Positions 18,279 through 28,253 of a DNA stretch of 64,000 nt are shown piece by piece (within the stretch, counting starts at the first letter, position 1; each line of letters starts with the position of its first letter). This stretch comes from Candidatus Latescibacterota bacterium. GTDB taxonomy: Bacteria; Latescibacterota; UBA2968; UBA8231. The stretch is from NCBI GenBank assembly GCA_965215195.1, contig CBDCDC010000002.1:2432001-2496000 (forward strand). The letters are read 5' to 3'. Both the position numbers and the translations under genes were made by a program. Under the pieces are notes generated by a model. It saw nothing but the letters and a program-made list of their open reading frames with translations, ran no database searches and was not told where the DNA came from.

Positions 18279-19163
18279 ACCAATGGTGCTAGTGGGCTAC
18301 AAGCTAAATTCCGCGATGGACAACGGGACGAATCCATTTTCATCCGGTTGCAATCCATGCCACTGTGCCAGCAGGTTAAAGGCGGCCATGGCCGCGCTCA
18401 GATGCGCTCTAAAGTAGGCCCAAGCTCGATGGGTCTGTCGCTTGAACCGGCCGATGCGGGTCAGCATCGAAAAGACGGTCTCGATGACCATCCGGTCGCC
18501 CCAGGTTTTGCGGGGACACACTTTCAGATTAGCCGGATCACCTTCTTTGGCATGAAAGCCTTGGTCGCTGAGGAGGATCATCTGCTCTTCGTAGCGACCA
18601 ATCATCGGGTGAAAGACCGAATCGTGGACATTGGCCGTGTTACAATCCCAATCGACGATCAAGCCCCACTGGTTGACGATCAAGCCCAGCTTGCCGCCGA
18701 CGATCCAGCGGTGATTGGACAACCCTTTCTGGCCGATAGGGTGAGCGGAGCGGCCTTCGCGTACTGGATGGATCAACTCGATGCCATAGCTATCGATCAC
18801 GCCTAAGGGGGTGGGGTCCGCTCGAAAGCGATCGGTCCAGTCCGCATGGGCGACAAACAGGCGGAACAAGCGGGTGCGTTCGGGCAGGCGCGGGAAAAAG
18901 GCGCGCCAATCGCGCACTACCCAGCGATAAAACGCCCGTTTGCCGTCCCCTTTGAGCGCATATAGAACCGCCAGGGTCACCGTTTCGCTGGGATATAAGG
19001 CGGCTTGGGGGTGTTTGGGCACATCGCCCATCTGGTTGTCGATCCGATAGAAGAGGGCTATTATAAACTCGGCCGTGGTCATGGGACGCTCCTTCGCTGG
19101 AAGGGGGGACACCCTCAGCGTAGGAACTACCTCGACCACGGTCAACTCACTAGCACCATTGGT
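18279..19163. mobile_element. IS982-family-like insertion sequence (885 bp)
   Basis: Perfect TIR ACCAATGGTGCTAGTG / CACTAGCACCATTGGT; TAATA target duplication (18274-78, 19164-68). Confidence 0.9.
18297..19082 (-). CDS. DDE transposase (IS982-like)
   Basis: VIDS, SDQG, RMVIETVFS triad; FPRLPERTRLFR; GAAGGAG SD. Confidence 0.88.
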   Translation of the reverse strand: MTTAEFIIALFYRIDNQMGDVPKHPQAALYPSETVTLAVLYALKGDGKRAFYRWVVRDWRAFFPRLPERTRLFRLFVAHADWTDRFRADPTPLGVIDSYGIELIHPVREGRSAHPIGQKGLSNHRWIVGGKLGLIVNQWGLIVDWDCNTANVHDSVFHPMIGRYEEQMILLSDQGFHAKEGDPANLKVCPRKTWGDRMVIETVFSMLTRIGRFKRQTHRAWAYFRAHLSAAMAAFNLLAQWHGLQPDENGFVPLSIAEFSL

Positions 19164-20380
19164 TAATAGTAAAAACTAATCTGCAGCAACCCACTCTTGG
19201 CCGCCCCACCATACTCACTCTGCAATATCCCCTGTCTCGGCCTCGCCCCATAGGGCCAGTACGCGTTCGCCGCTAGGGTCAGCTCGTCCGAGAAAATCCA
19301 CGTCACCACGCCCGTTAGCACCCCGGAGCCATCTATCGGGGAGAAGAGCCAACCGAGTGTCCTCGGCAGAGTGCCGGTGATTCCCTGCGATAGCTGCAAG
19401 GCACCGGCGTACCGCCCCAAGATCTGCGCGTCTCCTCGACTCAGACGCGCCAGGTAAGGGGCCGCAGCTAGCTCGGCAATGTCGCTGACGCCAAAGCCCG
19501 AGAAGTGGTATTCGCCCACGAGCAACAGGCCGCCCAAGGCGTCCCATGCGTACGAGCCGCCCACAAGGGCCTTGAGCACCACCTCGCCCCCTGCTGTGGC
19601 GGGCGTCTTGAACGACGCTAGCTCGCCGTGTATCTCAGCACCTGTGACCCGCACGGACGCGGCCGTGCCGGCAAAGCGATCGCCGCGGCGATGCCCTAAC
19701 AGCAACTCCCCGTCGAGTGCGCCGATATGGCCGTAGAGCCGCCCGACAAAGGCCGATTCGTCAACCGACGCACAGCCAGCCGCTACCGCGTCCAGCGAAA
19801 AGCGAGCCGCAAGCGGCACGGAAACGCGCAGCGCATCAACCCCGCGCCGCCATTCGCGGTCGCTTTCTAAAGGGTTAAACGGCGCGAAAACATCCACCGC
19901 GCCAAAGAGCACACCGCGCCCCCACCCAATGGCTTGACGGCCGATTTGTACCTCGCCACGCCCTACGCGCCAAGCCACGAATGCGCGGTCTAGCTCGTGC
20001 CGGTAGGCGACGTTCTCGCCCATAGCCAGCGCATCATCGAGCTGTTTGAGCCGATACGGCGCACGGATCTGCGGTACCAATATACCTGCGCCCGCGCCCG
20101 CGCCCGCACCTGTAGAAACCGCCCGCGCCCGTTGCTCGTAGGCCAAGCGCACGTGCAGAGCCGCCGCCGCTTGGCCCCGCAGCGCGAGCCGCCCCCTTCC
20201 CAGTGTGGCCGCGCTCCAGCGCTCGGGGTACAAAAGCGGCGCGTCGGGTGCGTGCGACGAGAGCGCGGTCCACTTCAACGCGGCATCCAGTGCCCAGTAG
20301 CGACTCCCGTCAGCACTCGACCACAAGCTGACGCCCAACGCGGGCTGCGCCGCCAAGAGAACCGCCAGCGTCAGCCGCAT
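19163..20380 (-). CDS. Putative outer-membrane beta-barrel partner of the ABC system
   Basis: Signal peptide, LDRA..GRQAIGWG..D.FAP motif, amphipathic strands, terminal aromatic ISFYY. Confidence 0.7.
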   Translation of the reverse strand: MRLTLAVLLAAQPALGVSLWSSADGSRYWALDAALKWTALSSHAPDAPLLYPERWSAATLGRGRLALRGQAAAALHVRLAYEQRARAVSTGAGAGAGAGILVPQIRAPYRLKQLDDALAMGENVAYRHELDRAFVAWRVGRGEVQIGRQAIGWGRGVLFGAVDVFAPFNPLESDREWRRGVDALRVSVPLAARFSLDAVAAGCASVDESAFVGRLYGHIGALDGELLLGHRRGDRFAGTAASVRVTGAEIHGELASFKTPATAGGEVVLKALVGGSYAWDALGGLLLVGEYHFSGFGVSDIAELAAAPYLARLSRGDAQILGRYAGALQLSQGITGTLPRTLGWLFSPIDGSGVLTGVVTWIFSDELTLAANAYWPYGARPRQGILQSEYGGAAKSGLLQISFYY

Positions 20381-21081
20381 GCCCCCTTGCGCTCGTCGCT
20401 CAGCACCTCGCCATCGCGCAAAGTAACCACCCGCGAGGCATACGAGACTACCAAGGGGTCGTGCGTCGAAAAGACAAAGGTCATGCCCATGTCGTCGCGG
20501 AGCCGCCGCATCATCTGCAAGAGAGCCTGCGCGTTGTCGCTGTCGAGATTGGCCGTTGGCTCGTCGGCGAGCACCAAGCCCGGCCGCGAGGCCACGGCCC
20601 GCGCCACAGCCACCCGCTGCTGCTGGCCGCCCGACATCTGGCTGGGCCGCCGGTGGGCGAGTTCGCCTAGCCCCAGCTCCGTTAGGGTCTCCTCGGCTCG
20701 CGCCCGCCGCTTTTTGGGGTCCATGCCCTGCAACTCCAGCACAAATTCCACGTTCTCACGCGCCGTCAACACCGGCACTAGGTTGTAGGCCTGGAACACA
20801 AAGCCCAAGGATCGGAGCCGGAGCTCGGCCCGCTCGCTGCGGCTCAGCGGCCCCAAGTCGCGGCCAAAGAGCACAATGCGCCCGCCGGTGGGCACGTCGA
20901 GCGCACCGATTAGATTGAGTAGGGTCGTCTTGCCGCTGCCGCTCGGCCCGACGATGGCCATAAACTCCCCGCTGCCGATTGCGAGGTCTATTCCGCGCAG
21001 GGCCTCCACGGCAATATCGCCCGCCCGAAAGACTTTTTTCACGCCTTGGGCAACTACTAGCGCTCCGTCCATATCACGCAT
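20371..21081 (-). CDS. ABC transporter ATP-binding protein (LolD/MacB-like)
   Basis: GPSGSGKT, SGGQQQRVAVARA, LADEPTANLD, STHD. Confidence 0.95.
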   Translation of the reverse strand: MRDMDGALVVAQGVKKVFRAGDIAVEALRGIDLAIGSGEFMAIVGPSGSGKTTLLNLIGALDVPTGGRIVLFGRDLGPLSRSERAELRLRSLGFVFQAYNLVPVLTARENVEFVLELQGMDPKKRRARAEETLTELGLGELAHRRPSQMSGGQQQRVAVARAVASRPGLVLADEPTANLDSDNAQALLQMMRRLRDDMGMTFVFSTHDPLVVSYASRVVTLRDGEVLSDERKGACG

Positions 21082-22345
21082 CCCGCTGGCTCAGGGCCGC
21101 CGCCGGATCCAAGCGCGTGGCAGACCAAGCCGGATAAAGCGCGGCCAAAAGCGTTGCACAAAGTCCCAAGCCGAAGGCGTAGGGCAGCATCCACATCCCC
21201 ATGTCCGCGTAGATTATTGGGTCGAAGAAAACGCCCATGACCGTCATATCGTCGCCCATCATCGCGGAAAAATCAATCCCCGCTGTCGCCGTGTGCCAAA
21301 CGAGCGGCAACGCGAGCAACAGGCCCAAGAGCGCGCCGAGGGCACCCATGAACACGGCCTCAAAAAGCACCAAGCCCACCAGCTTGAATTCCCCGAGACC
21401 CAGTGCCATCAGCACGGCAAATTCGCGCCTCCTTTCCAGCATGGCCGTCAGTTGTGCGCTCGTCACGCCCAAAATTACCACTGCGGCTACGACCGCAATA
21501 AAAAAGTTGGAAAAGGCCCGGTCGGCTGCCGCGTCGCCGCCCATCGCTGGCAGGACCTCGCGCCAAGTGAGCACTTCGTCGCCCTGCACTCGCTGGGCCA
21601 GCTCGGCCGAGCGCACCGCCACCTGTTGCGGGTCTGCGAAGGCTACCGACACCTCGGCTGCGCCCTGCAGGCCCGTCATTTTCTCGACATCAGCGAGCAT
21701 TGCGTGGCAGATGGTCTCGTCAATCGTGCGGCTGCCGGTAGATGCGATCCCGACGATCCGCAACATCGCGTACTCCATCTCCCCGTCGGCGCGCGTCAGC
21801 GTCAACAACAAGTCATCCCCCAACGCTACGTCCAAGCGCTCGACGAGGGCCTTGCCGACTACTACCGCGCCCTCGTCGCCTGCTTGCAAGTAACGCCCCT
21901 CGTCGATGGTGCGCACCAGCCTGTTGAGCCGCGGCTCAGCGGCTGGATCCACGCCCAAAAGCTGGACGCCGGCCACTCGCGTACCAAAGGCCAAAAGGCC
22001 CTGCACCCGCACGTGGGCAGCCACAACAGCTACGCCTTCGAGGCCGCGTGCGGCTTTGAGCGCGGCCGCTGAGTCCTGCAAGCGCAACTCGTCGCGCCGA
22101 CTTTGCGCCCAGCCCGCGGGTGCGATCCGCAGGTGGCCGTACCCACTCTGGGAAATGGCCTGCACCCGCATGGTTTGGCCGCCGCGCATAAAGGCCGTGG
22201 CAAAGAGCGCAATGGCGCATCCCAACCCCACGCCCAAGATGGACAGGCCGGTCCGGCGGCGACTGCGCCCCAGCGAGCGCAAGGCGTATTGCACCGACAG
22301 GTTCACCGCCCCTTTGGGTCGGCGGATGAGGCGTTGCCCGCTCAC
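21074..22345 (-). CDS. ABC permease, FtsX/LolE-like
   Basis: R.RRRT N-terminus, periplasmic domain, ERRREFAVLMALG, LYPAW.A.RLDP. Confidence 0.9.
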   Translation of the reverse strand: MSGQRLIRRPKGAVNLSVQYALRSLGRSRRRTGLSILGVGLGCAIALFATAFMRGGQTMRVQAISQSGYGHLRIAPAGWAQSRRDELRLQDSAAALKAARGLEGVAVVAAHVRVQGLLAFGTRVAGVQLLGVDPAAEPRLNRLVRTIDEGRYLQAGDEGAVVVGKALVERLDVALGDDLLLTLTRADGEMEYAMLRIVGIASTGSRTIDETICHAMLADVEKMTGLQGAAEVSVAFADPQQVAVRSAELAQRVQGDEVLTWREVLPAMGGDAAADRAFSNFFIAVVAAVVILGVTSAQLTAMLERRREFAVLMALGLGEFKLVGLVLFEAVFMGALGALLGLLLALPLVWHTATAGIDFSAMMGDDMTVMGVFFDPIIYADMGMWMLPYAFGLGLCATLLAALYPAWSATRLDPAAALSQRDA

Positions 22346-23580
22346 GTCCGCATGGCCTCCACCGGCTCCAGCCGCGCCACGTGCAGCAGCGGCCAGACGC
22401 AGGCCGAAAGGGCCGTCACCAGCACGGCCGACACCCCGGCCAACACGTCGGCCCCGCGCACCTCGGGGTAGACCCGCGAAGCTATCTGCACACCTTGGAA
22501 CCCCATTTCAAAGGACTCCTCGCCGCCCAACTCGGCGAGGTCAAAGCCCGATCCAGCCGTCAGTGCCGCAAAACACGCGCCGAGCGCAGTACCCAGCAAC
22601 ACCCCCAAAGCGCCCAACAGCACGGCCTCGGTCGCCACCATCCGAAAGAGCCGGCCCGGATTCGCGCCCAGTGCCAACAACATCCCCAACTCGCGGCGGC
22701 GCTCAAAGGTGGACATCATCATGGTATTGGCAATACCGGCTATGGACGCCAAGCAGACGATCCCCAAAACCACCAGCGAATACATGTCCATCATTTTGAT
22801 GATCCCGGCTAGCTGCGGTACGACCTCGTGCCAGAGCTTGATTTCCGTCCCTTGCAGTGCTGGCTGCGCGCCGAGCGAGTCTGCGACCGGATCTATCTGC
22901 TCGGCCTCGTGCAAGCGGACGACAATCTCGTGCGCTTCGTCATCCATCCTCAAAAGTGCCCGCGCGTCTTGCAGCCCGGCGACGATGCCAATGCTGTTGA
23001 CGAGCTCGACCGGCGACTCGACAACCGCCGCCACTTCGTATAGCTCGCTGGCAATGGAGCCGTCAATGTCTTGGCCCACCACGGCCAACTCGGCACCGGC
23101 CTCAATGCCGTGCTGCCGCGCCAAGCCTTTCCCCACCAGCACCCGGCCGTCTCCCAAGAGGCCGGCCAACTCTTCGCTGCCCAACAGGCCGCCCGCGGCT
23201 CCCTCTAGTACCGGGTCCGCACCGACGACCATTCCCACAAAACCTTCCTCTTCGAGCGCGGCCAACACGGGCGCGTAAATCCTCGGCACGGCCCGCGCCA
23301 CTTGGGGCTGCCCGCGAAGCGCCGCTAGCATGGTCTCGACATCGTCCAGCGTCTGCTCAACGGCGCGCTCCTCGCGCCAGCCCGCTGCCACGATCTGCAC
23401 GTGCCCGACCAAAGGACCGGTCACCGAATCAAAGTAGTGGTCGGCATAGCCTCGCATGATCCCAGCCGTGGCCAAGAACGCAAACTGCCCCAGCCCAATC
23501 GCCGCCACCGCCAAGGCCGAGCGCTTGCGGTTGCGGCCCAAGCCGCGCCAAGCCATGCGCAGTGTGCTGTTTGCGGCCAT
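22342..23580 (-). CDS. ABC permease, FtsX/LolC-like
   Basis: RNRKRS, FERRRELGMLLALG, RLEPVEAMR. Confidence 0.9.
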   Translation of the reverse strand: MAANSTLRMAWRGLGRNRKRSALAVAAIGLGQFAFLATAGIMRGYADHYFDSVTGPLVGHVQIVAAGWREERAVEQTLDDVETMLAALRGQPQVARAVPRIYAPVLAALEEEGFVGMVVGADPVLEGAAGGLLGSEELAGLLGDGRVLVGKGLARQHGIEAGAELAVVGQDIDGSIASELYEVAAVVESPVELVNSIGIVAGLQDARALLRMDDEAHEIVVRLHEAEQIDPVADSLGAQPALQGTEIKLWHEVVPQLAGIIKMMDMYSLVVLGIVCLASIAGIANTMMMSTFERRRELGMLLALGANPGRLFRMVATEAVLLGALGVLLGTALGACFAALTAGSGFDLAELGGEESFEMGFQGVQIASRVYPEVRGADVLAGVSAVLVTALSACVWPLLHVARLEPVEAMRT

Positions 23581-24339
23581 CTAGCGCCTGCGTTCTAACT
23601 GCGCCAAGCTAAAGAGGCTCTCTTCCAGCTCGACGTCGAATTCCACATGTAAATAGGTCAATACCGTGCGCCGGCCCTCCTCGCGCTCGGGCGAAATCAC
23701 AATCCGGGTGGGTATCAGCCGGTCTCCCATCTTTTTGATCTCTTCGAGCTGCATCGTGCGCGAGAGCCGGCCTTTGCGGTCGTAGTAGCGCACGAGTATG
23801 GGTAGCTGTTCTGCGTGCGCAAAGACGACCTCCACCCGCTCCCACAAACCCGGCACCTCGGGTTTGGCCTCTAGATCTACCTGCCGTCCGGGCGGATCTT
23901 CGCTCGGGCCGACCCCTGCCACCGCGTAGTCGTGGGCGTATGACGACTCGCGCACCAAGTCGTCGTTGGTCAAATCGCTGCCCATCCACGCGCCCATCAT
24001 CAGCGCGGGCGGCACGCGGATCGTGCGCGAAATTTTGGGCAGGTAGTTCCACAGGTTGCTGCCGACCCGGAGCGTGGCCGTGCCGGCGTCGCGGGCCGGC
24101 GCGTCAATGACCACCAGCGCCTTGTCCTCGCCTTGGCTCCAAGAGCGCATCCGCATCGTCCGCACCTTATTCGGCCGCTCAATTTTAATCTCGATCCGTG
24201 CGGCCGTGCCCGCCGATCGATACATATCGTCGAACTGTGCCAATAGGGCTTGCGCCGCAGGCACGGTGTCTTGCGCTGCACTTGGGGCCGCGCAAAGCAC
24301 CATCACCGCTAGCAATGTACTCATCTTTTGTCTTCTCAA
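23581..24339 (-). CDS. Outer-membrane lipoprotein-sorting protein (LolA-like)
   Basis: Signal peptide; LWNYLP, WMGSDLTNDDL motifs; start could be ATG 24324. Confidence 0.85.
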   Translation of the reverse strand: MRRQKMSTLLAVMVLCAAPSAAQDTVPAAQALLAQFDDMYRSAGTAARIEIKIERPNKVRTMRMRSWSQGEDKALVVIDAPARDAGTATLRVGSNLWNYLPKISRTIRVPPALMMGAWMGSDLTNDDLVRESSYAHDYAVAGVGPSEDPPGRQVDLEAKPEVPGLWERVEVVFAHAEQLPILVRYYDRKGRLSRTMQLEEIKKMGDRLIPTRIVISPEREEGRRTVLTYLHVEFDVELEESLFSLAQLERRR

Positions 24340-24526
24340 GCGAAGTATCTGACGTGAACGGCTTAGCCCGCCAACGGACCTAATACATGCAAACGCAGGG
24401 GTCGATATAGCACGGTCGATTCGACAGCCAACGCCGCTGCCGCTACATTAGGGCAAAACGAAGGGCCGTGTAGCCATCTGCCGTGCGGCCCTAAAGCAAA
24501 CCATTCTTAGTCCGAAAGGCTAATCT

Positions 24527-25453
24527 ATGCTTATCCGTATAGTCGATTTTTTGCACCAACACAATCTCTTGCTTGTGCTGGTAGCCGCTTCAATTTTGGC
24601 CTGCTCAGAAGAGCCGCCGGTTGCTCAATCGGCCTTTGATGCCGAGGCGGGGCCGTGGCAGACGGTTTCGATCAACGGCGCGATCTACTACCGTGCCGCG
24701 GCCAAGGCCAACGCGACAGCTCAGCAAGGCGGTTTGCGGATCTCTATTCCCTACACCATCTCTGAGGGAAGCATCCGCTTCTCCGACACCGCAGAGATCG
24801 CAGGCCGCACCTATACGACCGACTGCTCGGCCACAGGCGGCGGTACAAACGACGAACTGCCCGTAGAAGAGCCGTCGCCCGTTGACATCCGCCTCCCCGA
24901 TAATCCGAACCTAACGGATCGGGAAGTAATGATGACTCTCTATGAAGCCACGGGCGGCGGTGTTGCTTGGGACAACTTCGGTTGGGGAACCGATAGCATG
25001 CGGGAATGGGTGGGCGTAATGTTAGATGGCGATTACGTCGCCACTATTGAGCTCGCAGGCTACTTGTTAACCTTCGGACAATTAGAAAACTCAATACCTC
25101 CTGAGTTAGGTCAACTGACCCAACTGAGAAGCCTAAACCTGTCCGGCAACCAGTTGAGCGGCTCAATACCCCCTGAGTTAGGCCAACTGACGAGCTTACA
25201 AGACCTGAAACTATACAGCAACGACTTAAGTGGCCCGATACCTCCTGAGTTCGGCCAACTGACCCAACTGAGAAGCCTAATTCTCTCCCAAAACCAGTTG
25301 AGCGGCTCAATACCCCCTGAGTTAGGCCAACTGACCCAACTGACAGAACTGAGACTGGCCGGCAACCAGTTCAGCGGGTGCATCCCCGCCACTCTGCGAG
25401 GGATACCGCGACATGACCTAGAGCAAGTGGGATTGCTTTTCTGCGATGAATGA
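24527..25453 (+). CDS. Lipoprotein with plant-type leucine-rich repeats
   Basis: Lipobox ILAC; 24-aa repeats LSGSIPPELGQLTQLRSLNLSGNQ; LRR N-cap DREV..LYEATGG..W..W. Confidence 0.9.
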   Translation: MLIRIVDFLHQHNLLLVLVAASILACSEEPPVAQSAFDAEAGPWQTVSINGAIYYRAAAKANATAQQGGLRISIPYTISEGSIRFSDTAEIAGRTYTTDCSATGGGTNDELPVEEPSPVDIRLPDNPNLTDREVMMTLYEATGGGVAWDNFGWGTDSMREWVGVMLDGDYVATIELAGYLLTFGQLENSIPPELGQLTQLRSLNLSGNQLSGSIPPELGQLTSLQDLKLYSNDLSGPIPPEFGQLTQLRSLILSQNQLSGSIPPELGQLTQLTELRLAGNQFSGCIPATLRGIPRHDLEQVGLLFCDE

Positions 25454-25614
25454 TCTTCGCTTTGCCAAAGCCATGTCGTCCATGGCCGAGGGAGTTTGCA
25501 AAGGGACTTACTTTCCAGCCTGAATCCACTGGATTCCCGCGAAAGCGGGCTTCACCGCACCTTTAGGCGTACCATCCACCACTAAGCTGTGGACCTATCA
25601 AAAGGAGAGCTGTT

Positions 25615-26400
25615 ATGACCTTAGAGCGAGTGTTTCAGTTGAAACGGAGACTATCCCTTATCTTGGCCTTGTGCAGCCTATCTTTCGGCTGTGACGCCCA
25701 CAAGCCTACGGCTGAAGGACCTGCTTTGATCCAGACCATTGAATTGGATGGTTCAACCTATCGCCGTGTCGCTTCAAAGGCCAATGCAACCAGCGGCCAA
25801 GACTTGTCTCTTGAACTGTTCTATGCCGTAGAAGGCGACGAGGCATACATAGACATGGTAAGAATAGATGGCGTGGAGTACCGAGCCGATTGCACCGACC
25901 CACCCGACCCACCCGAACCACCATACCAAGAGCCGCCCGATGTTAGTCGGGAACCTCCGCTGCCCACAACAACAGAGCCTCGCATCGAAATAGACGACCA
26001 CCTAAGAAACCGCTTCAGCACGGCTGTCGTAGCTGCTGATATTAATTTGCCCTCAGAAGTAGAGGGCAGAAGCATAACGGGGGGCTACAGTGCGTTCTCC
26101 ACCTTGGGCAAGGGAGAAGATGATTTTTTTCGTTTCGATCTTACGGAAAGAGGCTGTTATAATTTTGTTACTAGTGGCGATACGGATACCTATGGCGAGG
26201 TTTTCCGGGATGATGATGGTGACATTACATTCATTATAGGCACGAGCGATTTTGGTGTGTATCCCAACTTTGGCGTGGAAGCAGTATTAGATCCGGGCAC
26301 ACACTACCTAAGAGTAAGCGGAGACAACCAAGAGGTGGAAGGGCGCTACCAGGTGTTTATATACGGCTGGCCAGTAGAATTCTGTACTGGTTACTACTAG
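25615..26400 (+). CDS. Lipoprotein with shared N-module, Pro-rich linker and PPC-like C-domain
   Basis: Lipobox SFGC; N-module similar to the 24527 gene; DDFFRF..TSGDTDTYG..NF..LDPGTHYLRVSG. Confidence 0.75.
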   Translation: MTLERVFQLKRRLSLILALCSLSFGCDAHKPTAEGPALIQTIELDGSTYRRVASKANATSGQDLSLELFYAVEGDEAYIDMVRIDGVEYRADCTDPPDPPEPPYQEPPDVSREPPLPTTTEPRIEIDDHLRNRFSTAVVAADINLPSEVEGRSITGGYSAFSTLGKGEDDFFRFDLTERGCYNFVTSGDTDTYGEVFRDDDGDITFIIGTSDFGVYPNFGVEAVLDPGTHYLRVSGDNQEVEGRYQVFIYGWPVEFCTGYY

Positions 26401-26468
26401 GGTACTCCATTAACTTAGGGGGGCTTGGTAACTATCGTATATAATTCCCTTTGCAAAGAGCCAAGCAC

Positions 26469-26502
26469 AAAAAGGGCCGCGAAGCACATGGCTTCGCGGC
26501 CC
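26469..26502 (-). terminator. Intrinsic terminator
   Basis: 12-bp stem gggccgcgaagc/gcttcgcggccc with A-tract on the left (U-tract on - strand). Confidence 0.8.
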
Positions 26503-26530
26503 CCTAAATCCCATCCCTTTTTGCCGTCGA

Positions 26531-27079
26531 TTACTGCGCTTCCTCGGCGGCCGGGAGGATCACCCCCACGAAGTCGCGGGCGTGGACAGTGCCCCACTCG
26601 CGGCTATCCTCAACGCCTTGGGCGCGGTTGTCAGCGTGGACGTAAAAAAGGCTGTCGCCCAACGATGGAGCCGCCTCGTATGCAGACAGAGCCATTTGCA
26701 GTACGATAGTGTAATTGCCAGCGGCTAGGTCTGCAACGTAAACGGGCGGGTTATCCTCGTTCATAGGCGTGTCCTTGTGCAGCCACGCGATATGATCTTC
26801 AAGTAGCGATCCAAACCGCCATGTGCTGTTCCGGCGTTTTTCAAAACGGGGGTCTATTGCAAGAACCCCATCTGTGGGAGTGCCCACCACGCGCCGGGCG
26901 ACCTGCTGGCCGGCGCGGTTGAATACGACGATGTAGCCCGGGATTAAGGAATCGACAGAGGCCATCGCGTAGGACGAACCCGAGGCTAGGGCCGGGGCCA
27001 TCGCCGCGTCCGGTGCGCGGAACGTGGGCGACTGGGCCAAAGCCGAGGTTGCAATGAGCAAAACAACGAGAAATCGCAT
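26531..27079 (-). CDS. Secreted hypothetical protein
   Basis: Signal peptide MRFLVVLLIATSALA; AAAGGAAA SD; last gene of the fibre operon. Confidence 0.7.
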   Translation of the reverse strand: MRFLVVLLIATSALAQSPTFRAPDAAMAPALASGSSYAMASVDSLIPGYIVVFNRAGQQVARRVVGTPTDGVLAIDPRFEKRRNSTWRFGSLLEDHIAWLHKDTPMNEDNPPVYVADLAAGNYTIVLQMALSAYEAAPSLGDSLFYVHADNRAQGVEDSREWGTVHARDFVGVILPAAEEAQ

Positions 27080-27100
27080 GGTGGATTTCCTTTCTAAAGG

Positions 27101-28228
27101 TTAAAGGTTGAGATCGTGGCAGGTGATGCTCCTAAAGGTGTTGTACCCTCCTCCCCTTCCTTCGGTTACGGTAAGTCTATTATTATCCAAAAAAAGTCCC
27201 ACGCCTCCCTGCGAAGTCACGGTGGTATAACTGAACATTTCATCTTTACCTTTTCCCTTGCAGTAAGCATGACCTGCCAGAGTCCCCACTCTGAGTCCGT
27301 AGCCCGTGTGATGATTATACCCAGCAGAAACTGTGTCATAAGGCTCACGGCTTGGCGTAGGATACGTCCCCGTCACGCCGAAGATGCTCACTCCCTTTTT
27401 GATGTTGGCTGCCACGAGATCGGAGTCGCCTTTGTCTGTGGCGTCGTTGTCGTCCTCGTCCAAGGTACTAGTGATCCCGTCTGCGTCATTATCCACCACC
27501 GAAGAAACGACAAGCGTTCCCTCGATGTCGAAGATATCCACGCCGGACTTGATGTTGGCTGGCACGAGGTCCGAGTCGCCCTTCACAACATGACTGACGG
27601 ACTCATCGCCATCATAAACGCCGGCTGGTACTCTTACGGATGCTGTCTGCGCAGAAGCACTCGGCGTCGTCGCTGCGATTGCGAAGCTACCACGCTCCGT
27701 CAGGTTGCCCGACACGCCAAAAATATCGATGCCGCCTCGAATGTTGTTGGCAATAAGGTCGGAATCGCCTTTGTCTGTGGCGTCGTTGTCGTCCTCGTCC
27801 AAGGTACTAGTGATCCCGTCTGCGTCATTATCCACCACCGAAGAAACGACAAGCGTTCCCTCGATGTCGAAGATATCCACGCCGGACTTGATGTTGGCTG
27901 GCACGAGGTCCGAGTCGCCTTTGTCTGTAGCGTCGTTGTCGTCCTCGTCGGTGCCCCTGACGTGGCCATCGCCATCGGCGTCGATGACCACGGACTGCCA
28001 CTGACTGTCCATGCAGGCCGTGGTTTCTTCCCCGTCGTCATAGACAAACCCTTGGAGCGACGTGCTGCATTCGGGGCGGTCAACATCATCCAGCGTTATA
28101 AGGATGCCGCGGACGAGCCGGTCTGACGACGCCGACTCGCTTTCGGTATTCGACGCTACCGACTCGACGAGACCCATCGCCGAAAGGGCGATGATAAGGG
28201 TAGCGAGAACTGGACGGAAGTGTTTCAC
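27101..28228 (-). CDS. Secreted fibre-like repeat protein (DxDxDG plus GDSDLxxxNIKxGVxIFGVxG repeats), Cys-containing tip
   Basis: Signal peptide; four NIK/NIR.G..IF repeats; ~155-bp identical internal duplication offset 339 bp. Confidence 0.8.
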   Translation of the reverse strand: MKHFRPVLATLIIALSAMGLVESVASNTESESASSDRLVRGILITLDDVDRPECSTSLQGFVYDDGEETTACMDSQWQSVVIDADGDGHVRGTDEDDNDATDKGDSDLVPANIKSGVDIFDIEGTLVVSSVVDNDADGITSTLDEDDNDATDKGDSDLIANNIRGGIDIFGVSGNLTERGSFAIAATTPSASAQTASVRVPAGVYDGDESVSHVVKGDSDLVPANIKSGVDIFDIEGTLVVSSVVDNDADGITSTLDEDDNDATDKGDSDLVAANIKKGVSIFGVTGTYPTPSREPYDTVSAGYNHHTGYGLRVGTLAGHAYCKGKGKDEMFSYTTVTSQGGVGLFLDNNRLTVTEGRGGGYNTFRSITCHDLNL

Positions 28229-28253
28229 GATGATACTCCTTTCTTAATAGATA

